Source of the DNA: Candidatus Zambryskiibacteriota bacterium
Lineage (GTDB): Bacteria; Patescibacteriota; Minisyncoccia; Phycocordibacterales; WO2-35-19
Reading direction: 5' to 3'
NCBI GenBank assembly: GCA_003233455.1
Contig: QILQ01000012.1
Span: 4,441-68,440 of the forward strand
Length of the DNA: 64,000 bases
Part shown: positions 56,398-64,000 of the stretch, in pieces
How positions within the stretch are numbered: the first letter of the stretch is position 1
Layout: each line of letters begins with the position of its first letter
Made by a program: the position numbers and the translations under genes
The notes under the pieces: generated by a model
The model's input: only the letters and a program-made list of their open reading frames with translations
Databases searched by the model: none
What the model was told of the DNA's origin: nothing

Positions 56398-57816
56398 TTA
56401 TTTAAAAATTTTCTTTAATTCTTCACGAACTACTGTGGCGTCATCCCATTCTTGTTTAGTTCCATTTGGACCCATAATATAAGGGTCGGTACCTTTGCCG
56501 GTAATTAAAACAACCACTTTTTTATTTGAACCTTCTTTATTTGTAAAATCTACAGCTTTTTTGATGGCGGTATTTATAGCTCTTCTTCTGTCCATAATTA
56601 TTTCAACTGGTTTATTTTTTATTCCTTCTTTTATCTCTTCTACAATCTTTTTAGGGTCTTCGTTATAAGGGTCCTCATTTGTTAAAATTATTTGGTCGCA
56701 ATATTTGTCAGCTATTTCTCCCATCACTTTTCTTTTCCAAGTATCTCTACCTCCGCCGGTATTTCCAAGAATACAAATAAGATGATACTTATTTTTCTCT
56801 TTTTTTGAAAGGGGATTATAAGTTTCGTAAACGGCTTTTAATGAATCTGGGGTGTGAGCATAATCAACTACTATATCAATTTGCTTGTTGGCAGGAAGGA
56901 ATTTTGATGTGTCTATTTTCTCCATTCTGCCTCTAATAAATTTTATATTCTCTAATCCTTCTTTTATTTTTTCTAGAGAAATACCTGCAAATCTAGCATA
57001 AGCGATAGCTCCAAGCATATTGGAAACATTAAAAATTCCTGGTAATTTGCTGTGAATGACAATTTTGCCAATTTGAAAAGAGGAACCTTTTTCATCAGCT
57101 TTTATAGCAATAGCATCATTAAGAGAATAAGGAACTTTATTTTTTATATTAAGCTCCAAAAATTTTTCTCCCTCTTTGTCATCGGTATTCGCTATGATCA
57201 CAGGGCCAGAAAAAGATGTCTCTGAGAAAAGTCTGGTTGAGTCCTGTAAGTGCGACCCTAGGACTTTTTGAAGAGATTTCTTTTTCTGGCCTATTAATTC
57301 CTTGGCAATAGTGAGTTTAGCTTTCAAATAATTTTCATAAGAGCCGTGTGACTCAATATGTTCCGGTGCCAAATTGGTGAAAATAAGAGCGTCTAAAAAT
57401 AAAAACTTATGTCTAAATTGAGGCACCCCTTCGGAACTTATTTCAACAATAGCGTAGCTACAGCCCGCACCAACCGCTTGTCTTAAAAATTTTTGGGTAA
57501 AAAATCTACCTCGCAAAGTCATTTTAAACATATTTCTCCATTCTTTTTCTCCAATTTTATATCTTAAAGTGCTAGCTAAAGCTGTTTTATAACCAGCTGT
57601 TTTTAAAATAGTGTTTACCAATTCTACGGTGGTAGTTTTACCTTTAGTGCCGGTAATACCAATGACGATTAATTTTTTAGCGGGGAAGCGATAAATAATC
57701 GCTCCAGTAATTGCTAAAATATAATGATAAATTGGTTGAGTGCTTCTAAATAAACTTTTTGGTATTATTTTTCTGCCAATATTCAATATTTTTTCTAGAA
57801 ATTTTGATTCTTTCAT
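56398..57816 (-). CDS. murE: Mur ligase, MurE-type (UDP-MurNAc-tripeptide synthetase) with in-frame repeat insertion
   Basis: GITGTKGKTTT, DYAHTPDSL; insert ...QKVLGSHLQDSTRL... identical to polA insert. Confidence 0.7.
   Translation of the reverse strand: MKESKFLEKILNIGRKIIPKSLFRSTQPIYHYILAITGAIIYRFPAKKLIVIGITGTKGKTTTVELVNTILKTAGYKTALASTLRYKIGEKEWRNMFKMTLRGRFFTQKFLRQAVGAGCSYAIVEISSEGVPQFRHKFLFLDALIFTNLAPEHIESHGSYENYLKAKLTIAKELIGQKKKSLQKVLGSHLQDSTRLFSETSFSGPVIIANTDDKEGEKFLELNIKNKVPYSLNDAIAIKADEKGSSFQIGKIVIHSKLPGIFNVSNMLGAIAYARFAGISLEKIKEGLENIKFIRGRMEKIDTSKFLPANKQIDIVVDYAHTPDSLKAVYETYNPLSKKEKNKYHLICILGNTGGGRDTWKRKVMGEIADKYCDQIILTNEDPYNEDPKKIVEEIKEGIKNKPVEIIMDRRRAINTAIKKAVDFTNKEGSNKKVVVLITGKGTDPYIMGPNGTKQEWDDATVVREELKKIFK
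57206..57289. repeat. 84-bp palindromic repeat element in frame in murE (outer 11-bp inverted repeat CCAGAAAAAGA/TCTTTTTCTGG, core shared with polA copy)
   Basis: Direct reading. Confidence 0.7.
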
Positions 57817-57830
57817 TTTTTGCTTGTAAT

Positions 57831-58397
57831 TTATTTACCTAAATTTTTAAGAATATATTTTATTTTTTCATTGGCACCAGTTAAATCCTTTGGCAATTTT
57901 TTTATTACCGCTTGAATATCTCTTTCTCTGTAACCAAGCGATTTAAGGGCTTCAAAAACATCCACATCTTCATTTGTTCTGGAATCTCCTTTTTGAGTAG
58001 TCGCTAATTTACCATTTAATTCCAAAACAATTTTTTCCGCTATTTTTCTGCCAATGCCGGATATTTTAGTTAAGGAAGAAGTATCTCCGGTGGCCACTGC
58101 TTCTTCAATTGATTTTACTCCGGCAACGCCAAGTATAGCCAATCCAGATTTTGGACCGACTCCAGAAACGGTGATTAAAAGTTCAAAGACTCTAAGTTCT
58201 TCCTCTGTTTCAAATCCATAAAGATCTAAAGCGGTTTCTCTGACTACCGTATGAGTCCAAAAATTAGCTTCCATACCAACTTTTAATTTTTCCAAAGATG
58301 AAAGAGTGGCGTGTATAACAAAACCCATTCCGTCAACTTTTATAATGACCCGAGTCGGTTTTATATCAAATATTTTACCTGTAATGTGTCCAAACAT
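57831..58397 (-). CDS. ruvA: Holliday junction DNA helicase RuvA
   Basis: MFGHITGKIFDIKPTRVIIKVDGMGFVIHA...VSGVGPKSGLAIL. Confidence 0.85.
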   Translation of the reverse strand: MFGHITGKIFDIKPTRVIIKVDGMGFVIHATLSSLEKLKVGMEANFWTHTVVRETALDLYGFETEEELRVFELLITVSGVGPKSGLAILGVAGVKSIEEAVATGDTSSLTKISGIGRKIAEKIVLELNGKLATTQKGDSRTNEDVDVFEALKSLGYRERDIQAVIKKLPKDLTGANEKIKYILKNLGK

Positions 58398-58532
58398 AAA
58401 TTATGTATTATAGGATAAGTATATCGTATTAAAGTAAAATTGAAAATTTGCGTATTTATCCATTTTCTGTTATTCTTTTGAAGTTGGTTTGAATCATAAT
58501 ACTTAATATGAAATACTTAATACTTCAATAAT

Positions 58533-58793
58533 ATGCCAATAACAAAATCAGCCAAAAAAGCGTTGAGAGGCTCTAAAAAGAAGAGAGTTTTTAATTTACG
58601 CAAAAAAAATAAGATGCAAAGCGTAATAAAAGAATATAAAAAATTAGTTTCAGCTAAAAAAACAGATGAAGCTAAAAAACTTATACCCGAACTTCAAAAA
58701 GCCATAGATAAAGCTAAAAAGAAGGGAATTATAAAGAAAAACACCGCTGCTCGCAGGAAATCTCATCTCGTCAAATTAACTATAAAATTATAA
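58533..58793 (+). CDS. rpsT: 30S ribosomal protein S20
   Basis: MPITKSAKKALRGSKKKRVFNLRKKNKMQS... Confidence 0.85.
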   Translation: MPITKSAKKALRGSKKKRVFNLRKKNKMQSVIKEYKKLVSAKKTDEAKKLIPELQKAIDKAKKKGIIKKNTAARRKSHLVKLTIKL

Positions 58794-58847
58794 AAACAAA
58801 AAGTGGTGGGAAGACCTCTTTTTTGTTAAGGTGTAACTGTATTAAAT

Positions 58848-58919
58848 GCTCTCATCGTTCAATGGATAGGACATAACTTTGCGGAAGTTAAAATGTAGGT
58901 TCGATTCCTACTGGGAGCA
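58848..58919 (+). tRNA. tRNA-Arg (anticodon read as GCG), no encoded CCA
   Basis: GCTCTCA-TC-GTTC-AATGGATA-GGAC-A-TAACT-TTGCGGA-AGTTA-AAAT-GTAGG-TTCGATT-CCTAC-TGGGAGC-A. Confidence 0.7.
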
Positions 58920-58921
58920 CA

Positions 58922-60082
58922 TTAAACAAGTGGTAATTTTTTGGAAAATTCTGACAAAACAAACTGTTCAAAATTCTCACCCTCTTTATTCGGACGCTTT
59001 TTATATTCTTGATAAAATTTAAATATCAAATCTCGTAAATGATTTTCTTCAAATTGCTTAAAATACTCTAGTGACTTATCTCTTAAGTCATCAAGTGAGT
59101 TTATCCCCAACTTATCACATCTTAGCCGAAAATTTCTACTTTGTTTTAATTCTTTTTGAAATCCTCCTTCGGAGAACTCATTCAGTTTTTTAGCAAAATC
59201 TTCATAGGTTTGTGGCGATTTGTCTTTCTTAAGAACATCATTATACGTTCTTATAAATTCTTCGCACAACAAACTAAAATATCCTTCACCATAATCTTGC
59301 CTTAATTTTTCGCTGGCAAGTTTGGATATTTCTCCTTTTTGTTTATCTGTTAACTGTTGAGAAAGTTTTTCCACAATTGGATTTATAATGCTGTGAAGAA
59401 ATTCATGGTCTTGATTATCTACATTATCAATATGAGAAATTATAATATATTCACCAGGAAATGCTGGAAAGGCTCTACCGGAATTTTTTCTATAAAGTGG
59501 GTCAGTTGGAACAAAGCTTATTTTTTGCACATCTGTTGTTTTAGAATCTGGTTTGAAAAAATCAATCAAGGATTCAATCCGTTGTCTGGTTTCTTCCAAC
59601 CTCTTCAATCTTTCATTTCTGTCGTCTTCTATTTTGATGGCAAACTTTTCAGCCAATAGAGAATCAGAAAAAACTTGGTCAAAATTTTCAAGAATTTCTA
59701 ATAACTTGCGATGAACTTCTTGTGGATTTTTTACGTGCGGTTTGTATTTTGCTACCATCTCCAGAACCTTTTTTGCTCGTTCAGGGTGTTTATATGTGAG
59801 AGCCAAGTTATAAAGAGTTTCTTCGTCAACCCCTTGCTCATAAAAATCTCGTATTGTGTCAATAACTTCCGAACTCAAGGGATTATCTTTGAAATAGTCC
59901 GCCGTTTCCATTGCTGGAGTAGTTTCAGTTTCTCCCCAATCTGGATTTTCTGCCTTTAGCAATAAAGAAAATAACTGAGCGCCCCTTTCTTCTTGTATCA
60001 CAATTTCAGGAGTTTTCATTACCTCAAAAACTCCTTCTGGTTTTTTAATATTTTGATTTATTTTTGATTCAAATTTATCCAT
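58922..60082 (-). CDS. Hypothetical protein with HExxH motif (HEFLH)
   Basis: 386 aa; only motif-level evidence. Confidence 0.3.
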   Translation of the reverse strand: MDKFESKINQNIKKPEGVFEVMKTPEIVIQEERGAQLFSLLLKAENPDWGETETTPAMETADYFKDNPLSSEVIDTIRDFYEQGVDEETLYNLALTYKHPERAKKVLEMVAKYKPHVKNPQEVHRKLLEILENFDQVFSDSLLAEKFAIKIEDDRNERLKRLEETRQRIESLIDFFKPDSKTTDVQKISFVPTDPLYRKNSGRAFPAFPGEYIIISHIDNVDNQDHEFLHSIINPIVEKLSQQLTDKQKGEISKLASEKLRQDYGEGYFSLLCEEFIRTYNDVLKKDKSPQTYEDFAKKLNEFSEGGFQKELKQSRNFRLRCDKLGINSLDDLRDKSLEYFKQFEENHLRDLIFKFYQEYKKRPNKEGENFEQFVLSEFSKKLPLV

Positions 60083-60096
60083 ATTTTAAATTTTCA

Positions 60097-60933
60097 TTAT
60101 TTTAGTTTCTCCTCTTTCGGATTTGACAAGTAATTCTTTCTTGTTGAAACTTTTTTACCACTCTTTAATTCCAAATCTTTTCTTGCTTTGCCAGCAACCG
60201 CCCCACCCTCCCGCGCTGTGATTTTATTTTCACCCAAACCTTTTGCGTTTTTGTTTTTCGTAATTTCTGTCGTAGATGCCTCACCAAGCATTGAAAAAAT
60301 CAATTCTAAGTCATTCATATGGTCACGCAGATTTTCTCTTTTGAGTTTTTTGAACTTCTTATATTCACTTGGTGTCATGCCAAAAGTCGCTTTAGAAATT
60401 TCGGCTGTTAAAATTGCATATTCCACCCCTTCTTTCACATCTCTTTTTTGCCATTCGTCAGTCAATGTTTCGCGGACTTCAATGCCTCGCATTCTTTTTT
60501 CTATCCAAACATTTGAATATCCTTTTGCTTTATAGATTGCTCGTGTGCGTTTTATCGCCAATTCTGGGTCTTCAATCTCTTGCACTCGCTCATAACCAAC
60601 TTTTGCAAACCACCGCTTAAACGGTTCTGCTTTTGGTGATGGGATTGATTGAATGATACGAAAAGTTGTTTCGGTATTTGCACAGTCTGTTTCTCTTTTT
60701 TTGCCGTCAGAAGCCATTATTTTCAACCGTCCGATATTTTCGGACACTTCAGAATAACCTTCTTTTTTGAGTTTACTTTTCAAATCACTCCAATATTTCC
60801 GTGGTCTTTCTGTTTCGGTTAGAGCCTTAATAATATCAATGATAGAAAACCACCATTCATTTTTATAAATAATTTTACGAATCTCTTTTCTGCGAAAAAT
60901 TGCTATTTTTGTTGTTGTGATTTTTTTCGCCAT
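60097..60933 (-). CDS. DinD/Bro-N-like (phage antirepressor-type N-terminal domain) protein
   Basis: KIAIFRRKEIRKIIYKNEWWFSIIDIIKALTETERPRKYWSDLKSKL. Confidence 0.45.
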   Translation of the reverse strand: MAKKITTTKIAIFRRKEIRKIIYKNEWWFSIIDIIKALTETERPRKYWSDLKSKLKKEGYSEVSENIGRLKIMASDGKKRETDCANTETTFRIIQSIPSPKAEPFKRWFAKVGYERVQEIEDPELAIKRTRAIYKAKGYSNVWIEKRMRGIEVRETLTDEWQKRDVKEGVEYAILTAEISKATFGMTPSEYKKFKKLKRENLRDHMNDLELIFSMLGEASTTEITKNKNAKGLGENKITAREGGAVAGKARKDLELKSGKKVSTRKNYLSNPKEEKLK

Positions 60934-61044
60934 ATTATTTCAATAATTCATTATTTTAACCTCGGCTAATGTGTATGCTCTGTCTAAATCTAGGAGAGTT
61001 ACAGCGAACCCAGACTGCTAGAGTGTGATGTTAAGGTGCAAAAT

Positions 61045-61512
61045 TTATCTTGCCAAGAGTTTATCAAACCATTTATGAATTAGAGATTCTTCCAAAAATT
61101 CTTCTTCTAAAAATTCTAAAAGAACATCTCTAACATTATTTAAATCAATTTCTTCATTTATAGGCACTATGGTAAGAGGTAATAGAGAATTTGCTGAACG
61201 CATTAAAAGACGATAACCGTGAATATGCTCATCTTCAATCCAAAAAGATTGGTAAGACATCCAAGGATAAAGTCGTCCGCCAAAAACCACTCCTTTATGG
61301 ACTATCTTTATGGTAATTATTTTTGTTTCTTTATACGAAAGCATGCCGATAGTTAATCCGGCGATTATAATAAATACCCCAAACAAAAAATTGCCAAAAT
61401 AAAAAGCCAATACCGACGCACCTAAAGTGATTACGGCAAGTATCCAATACCAGTCATTGGTTTTTTTATCAAAATGATGTTCGGGCGAATGCCATTCTAA
61501 AATAGTTTCCAT
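61045..61512 (-). CDS. Hypothetical membrane protein
   Basis: 155 aa, 2 TM helices. Confidence 0.3.
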   Translation of the reverse strand: METILEWHSPEHHFDKKTNDWYWILAVITLGASVLAFYFGNFLFGVFIIIAGLTIGMLSYKETKIITIKIVHKGVVFGGRLYPWMSYQSFWIEDEHIHGYRLLMRSANSLLPLTIVPINEEIDLNNVRDVLLEFLEEEFLEESLIHKWFDKLLAR

Positions 61513-61664
61513 TTGCTTTATTTTAACATATCAAATCATCTAACAACACTCCCGAGTGGGATATCATTAGAGACTTTAAGTAGAGAAAAAAATTTTCCTC
61601 CCCAAAATCAACTGAAAGTTTTAGTAATTTTCCTGAGCCCTCAACTGATTTGGCTGATATTATT

Positions 61665-61919
61665 TTACCGACTCTTATTTCTACTATAAAATAATGGTTT
61701 TAATTCTTTTTCAGAAATATACTGAGACGCTTGAATGAATATTTGTTTAAGTAAACCCTTATCAATTTCATAATGCATTGGTATGGTAAGAGTCTCTTTA
61801 CTTCCATCGACAATACGCCTAAGTTTTGCGTGGCTTCCATGCTGATCAATTTTTTTAAAACCAAAAGAAGTAAATATTTTAATTAAATCTTTACCTCCAA
61901 GAACTCTCAATTTAGGCAT
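61665..61919 (-). CDS. hicA: HicA-family toxin
   Basis: MPKLRVLGGKDLIKIFTSFGFKKIDQHGSHAKL...TLTIPMH. Confidence 0.55.
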   Translation of the reverse strand: MPKLRVLGGKDLIKIFTSFGFKKIDQHGSHAKLRRIVDGSKETLTIPMHYEIDKGLLKQIFIQASQYISEKELKPLFYSRNKSR

Positions 61920-62133
61920 ACTGGGGTATTTCAAAATTAACAAAAAGTGATGGTTTTTGATTCAATCCATTTTGTTTTAAATCTTCATCAGAAAAATGAA
62001 GTTCTGTGGCCTCTTGAATATTTTTTACAAGCTCGTCAAGGGTTTTTGCTTGAGTGAAAATAGGAAAATCATTAGCATGAGCTGTATAATATTTTTTACC
62101 TTTTTGAATTGTAAATTGGACTATATTTTTCAT
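61912..62133 (-). CDS. hicB: HicB-like antitoxin
   Basis: 73 aa, ...YTAHANDFPIFTQAKTLDELVKNIQEATELHF; overlaps hicA start. Confidence 0.45.
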   Translation of the reverse strand: MKNIVQFTIQKGKKYYTAHANDFPIFTQAKTLDELVKNIQEATELHFSDEDLKQNGLNQKPSLFVNFEIPQYA

Positions 62134-62263
62134 ATCTCTATTATAACATATAATACTCTTATTTCTACTTTTGCAAAATCTTTTATGTTTATCATAAGTA
62201 TAGAGTATAAATATTTTAACTTCATTGTCTATCGGGTATTTATGTTGTAATATCTATGTTTAT

Positions 62264-62350
62264 GGAAGGGTGGCAGAGAGGTCGAATGCACGAGTCTTGA
62301 AAACTCGAGTCTCCGCAAGGGGACCGTGGGTTCGAATCCCACCCCTTCCG
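62264..62350 (+). tRNA. tRNA-Ser (anticodon UGA), long variable arm
   Basis: GGAAGGG-TG-GCA-GAGAGGTCGAA-TGC-A-CGAGT-CTTGAAA-ACTCG-AGTCTCCGCAAGGGGACC-GTGGG-TTCGAAT-CCCAC-CCCTTCC-G. Confidence 0.85.
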
Positions 62351-62530
62351 CAAATTGAAACTTCTATTGATTCTTTTTCTATGCGAAATGTTTGTTTTAC
62401 TCCAAAAACAAAAATCAAATCTACTTTCTCGGGCTTATCCTACTCTGAAAGATACTCATATAAATTTTTCAAGAGTTTTTGTTTTGTAGAATCATTTTGC
62501 ACATTCAAAATATTATCTACCAATTCTTTT

Positions 62531-63193
62531 TTATATAAATTTGTTTGCACTTGTGTGTACCAGTTCCGCGGCAGTTTTACCATTTTTGTTCATATAGTCG
62601 CACACCAATTTGAAGCCAATTGAATACCCAGACCATTTTGGAACATCTTTACCAAAATTCCACGACCAGTAATTTCCGCCTGGTTTCTCCCAGTCTTCTT
62701 TTTTTGCTTTTTTGATGAGAGATAAAATTTCTTCTTCAGATAAAGCAACAGACCACGGATATGGTTTGCCTTCATTAATTTCAATATCAAAATTATCTGC
62801 AAGACCTTCCGCAATAAAAGATTCTAATATACTCGGATTTTCCCAGGGGTACATGATACTCCGCGCGGCATGATGTAGTTCGTGAGTTATGGCGCGGGTT
62901 ATCGTGGGGGCAATGTTTGATAAAAATACCTCTGATTTTGTGTCTAAATAGATAAAAACAAGATTGGGGTTTGGAGAAAAACCGCCAACACCTGTTTCAG
63001 GAATTGTGTTTCCAGGATTATTGCATATTACAACATCGCATATTTGTAAAGACAATACTTTTTTTACTTTATTGATAGCCGACTGTGTTGACGAACGTAA
63101 AATATCTGAAATCTGCGCAACAGACGGATCTGAATCAGCTATGTATATTTTTATAAAATTTGATTTCATTATATTGAAAGTATAGCACATCAC
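62531..63193 (-). CDS. Putative Zn-dependent protease-like protein (HELHH motif, DUF2268-like)
   Basis: ...AITHELHHAARSIMYPWENPSILESFIAEGLADNF. Confidence 0.35.
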   Translation of the reverse strand: MMCYTFNIMKSNFIKIYIADSDPSVAQISDILRSSTQSAINKVKKVLSLQICDVVICNNPGNTIPETGVGGFSPNPNLVFIYLDTKSEVFLSNIAPTITRAITHELHHAARSIMYPWENPSILESFIAEGLADNFDIEINEGKPYPWSVALSEEEILSLIKKAKKEDWEKPGGNYWSWNFGKDVPKWSGYSIGFKLVCDYMNKNGKTAAELVHTSANKFI

Positions 63194-63219
63194 TATAATA
63201 CTATTAAATTATTGAAAAT

Positions 63220-63426
63220 ATGGCAAAAGAAATTACAATCGGGAAAAATATAAAGAAATACCGCAATAAACTAGGATTATCACAAGAAGAGTTTGCTCAA
63301 AAATCTGGTGTAAAATATACAACTCTAACAAAGATTGAAAGTAGCGTAATAAAAAAACCATCTGTTATGATTATGGCACAAATTGCCAAAACGCTTGGCG
63401 TTTCTATTGAGGATTTAATAAATTAA
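63220..63426 (+). CDS. XRE-family HTH transcriptional regulator
   Basis: IGKNIKKYRNKLGLSQEEFAQKSGVKYTTLTKIESS. Confidence 0.7.
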   Translation: MAKEITIGKNIKKYRNKLGLSQEEFAQKSGVKYTTLTKIESSVIKKPSVMIMAQIAKTLGVSIEDLIN

Positions 63427-63436
63427 AAATATACTC

Positions 63437-63964
63437 ATGGCTACATTAGACGAAATAAAAAAGCAAATAAAAAATCTTAGTATAGGGAGTAAGCTTCTTG
63501 GAATAAAGGAAATTAAGGCACTTCCCGATATTTTATGGGAAGATGAAAAACTTGAAAAGATAGTTCAAGGTTTTTATGAAAATGGGAACGGAATACTTAT
63601 TGCCACAAATAGGAGGTTAGTTTTTGTGGACAAAGGTATGATTTATGGAATTAAGGTAGAAGATTTTCCATACGATAAAATTTCTTCGATTCAGTATCAA
63701 ACTGGGATACTTGGCGGAAAAATAACCATTTTTGCTTCTGGCAACAAAGCTGAGATAAAACGAGTAGTAAACGCACAAGCAAAAAATTTTGGTGACTACG
63801 TACGGGCAATGATTTCTAAGACGCAAGATCATTTAAGTAATACAAGCCAACACGCTGAGGATGACATGACTATACAACTTGAAAAATTAGCTATATTGAA
63901 GCAGAAAGGAATTCTTACGGAGGAAGAATTTAATGCTAAAAAGAAATTAATTCTTGGTTTATAA
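63437..63964 (+). CDS. Bacterial PH-domain protein with C-terminal SHOCT domain
   Basis: ...LIATNRRLVFVDKGMIYGIKVEDFPYDKISSIQYQ... and C-terminal LEKLAILKQKGILTEEEFNAKKKLIL. Confidence 0.5.
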   Translation: MATLDEIKKQIKNLSIGSKLLGIKEIKALPDILWEDEKLEKIVQGFYENGNGILIATNRRLVFVDKGMIYGIKVEDFPYDKISSIQYQTGILGGKITIFASGNKAEIKRVVNAQAKNFGDYVRAMISKTQDHLSNTSQHAEDDMTIQLEKLAILKQKGILTEEEFNAKKKLILGL

Positions 63965-64000
63965 ATAATTTAAAATAAAACTATGGAAAATTTATTCAAG

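Noticed and set aside
62225-62623. ORF 62225..62623+
   Set aside because: Overlaps tRNA-Ser.

Overview
This is an AT-rich, compact bacterial segment with a gene repertoire typical of CPR/Patescibacteria-like genomes: many small hypothetical membrane and secreted proteins, and short or absent Shine-Dalgarno sequences. It spans the chromosomal origin region, with rpmH-rnpA-yidC divergent from dnaA-dnaN and DnaA-box-like sites in both flanking intergenic regions.

Recognisable housekeeping genes:
- hup
- infC-rpmI-rplT
- uvrD/pcrA-type helicase carrying a 367-aa intein in helicase motif III
- rsmA, tyrS, ruvC-yebC-ruvB, ruvA
- pilB, tsaE, polA, mutM, murE, rpsT
- an ECF sigma factor
- six tRNAs

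Accessory content:
1. The left edge holds a restriction-modification or mobile island next to the 3' end of tRNA-Gly. It has an XRE-type controller (C) protein with palindromic operator-like boxes. Its beta-class N4/N6 methyltransferase gene is frameshifted and physically split by inserted HNH-endonuclease and KilA-N genes. A 19-aa junction motif is duplicated on both halves.
2. A type-IV-secretion-like cluster at 14.3-29.7 kb. It contains a VirB6/TrbL-like polytopic protein with a long K/E coiled-coil tail, a PrgI/VirB3-like protein, a VirB4 ATPase split into two ORFs, and a pilin-like protein fused to an M23-like motif. Many large secreted proteins flank it. Next to it are a GC-rich foreign-looking gene and a decayed IS1-family transposase.
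3. At least three families of palindromic repeat elements are inserted in frame inside conserved genes: rsmA (twice), tsaE, mutM, polA and murE, and possibly trmH. Further copies sit in intergenic DNA. This is a Rickettsia-palindromic-element-like phenomenon. I consider this the most unusual feature of the window.
4. A 162-bp element closed by a 24-bp terminal inverted repeat, either 6S-RNA-like or a miniature inverted-repeat element (MITE).
5. Five toxin-antitoxin pairs or remnants and two NYN-domain paralogs.
6. A roughly 250-bp GC-rich, hairpin-dense element of unknown identity between the C gene and tRNA-Gly.

All calls are from reading the translations and sequence by eye. No searches were run.
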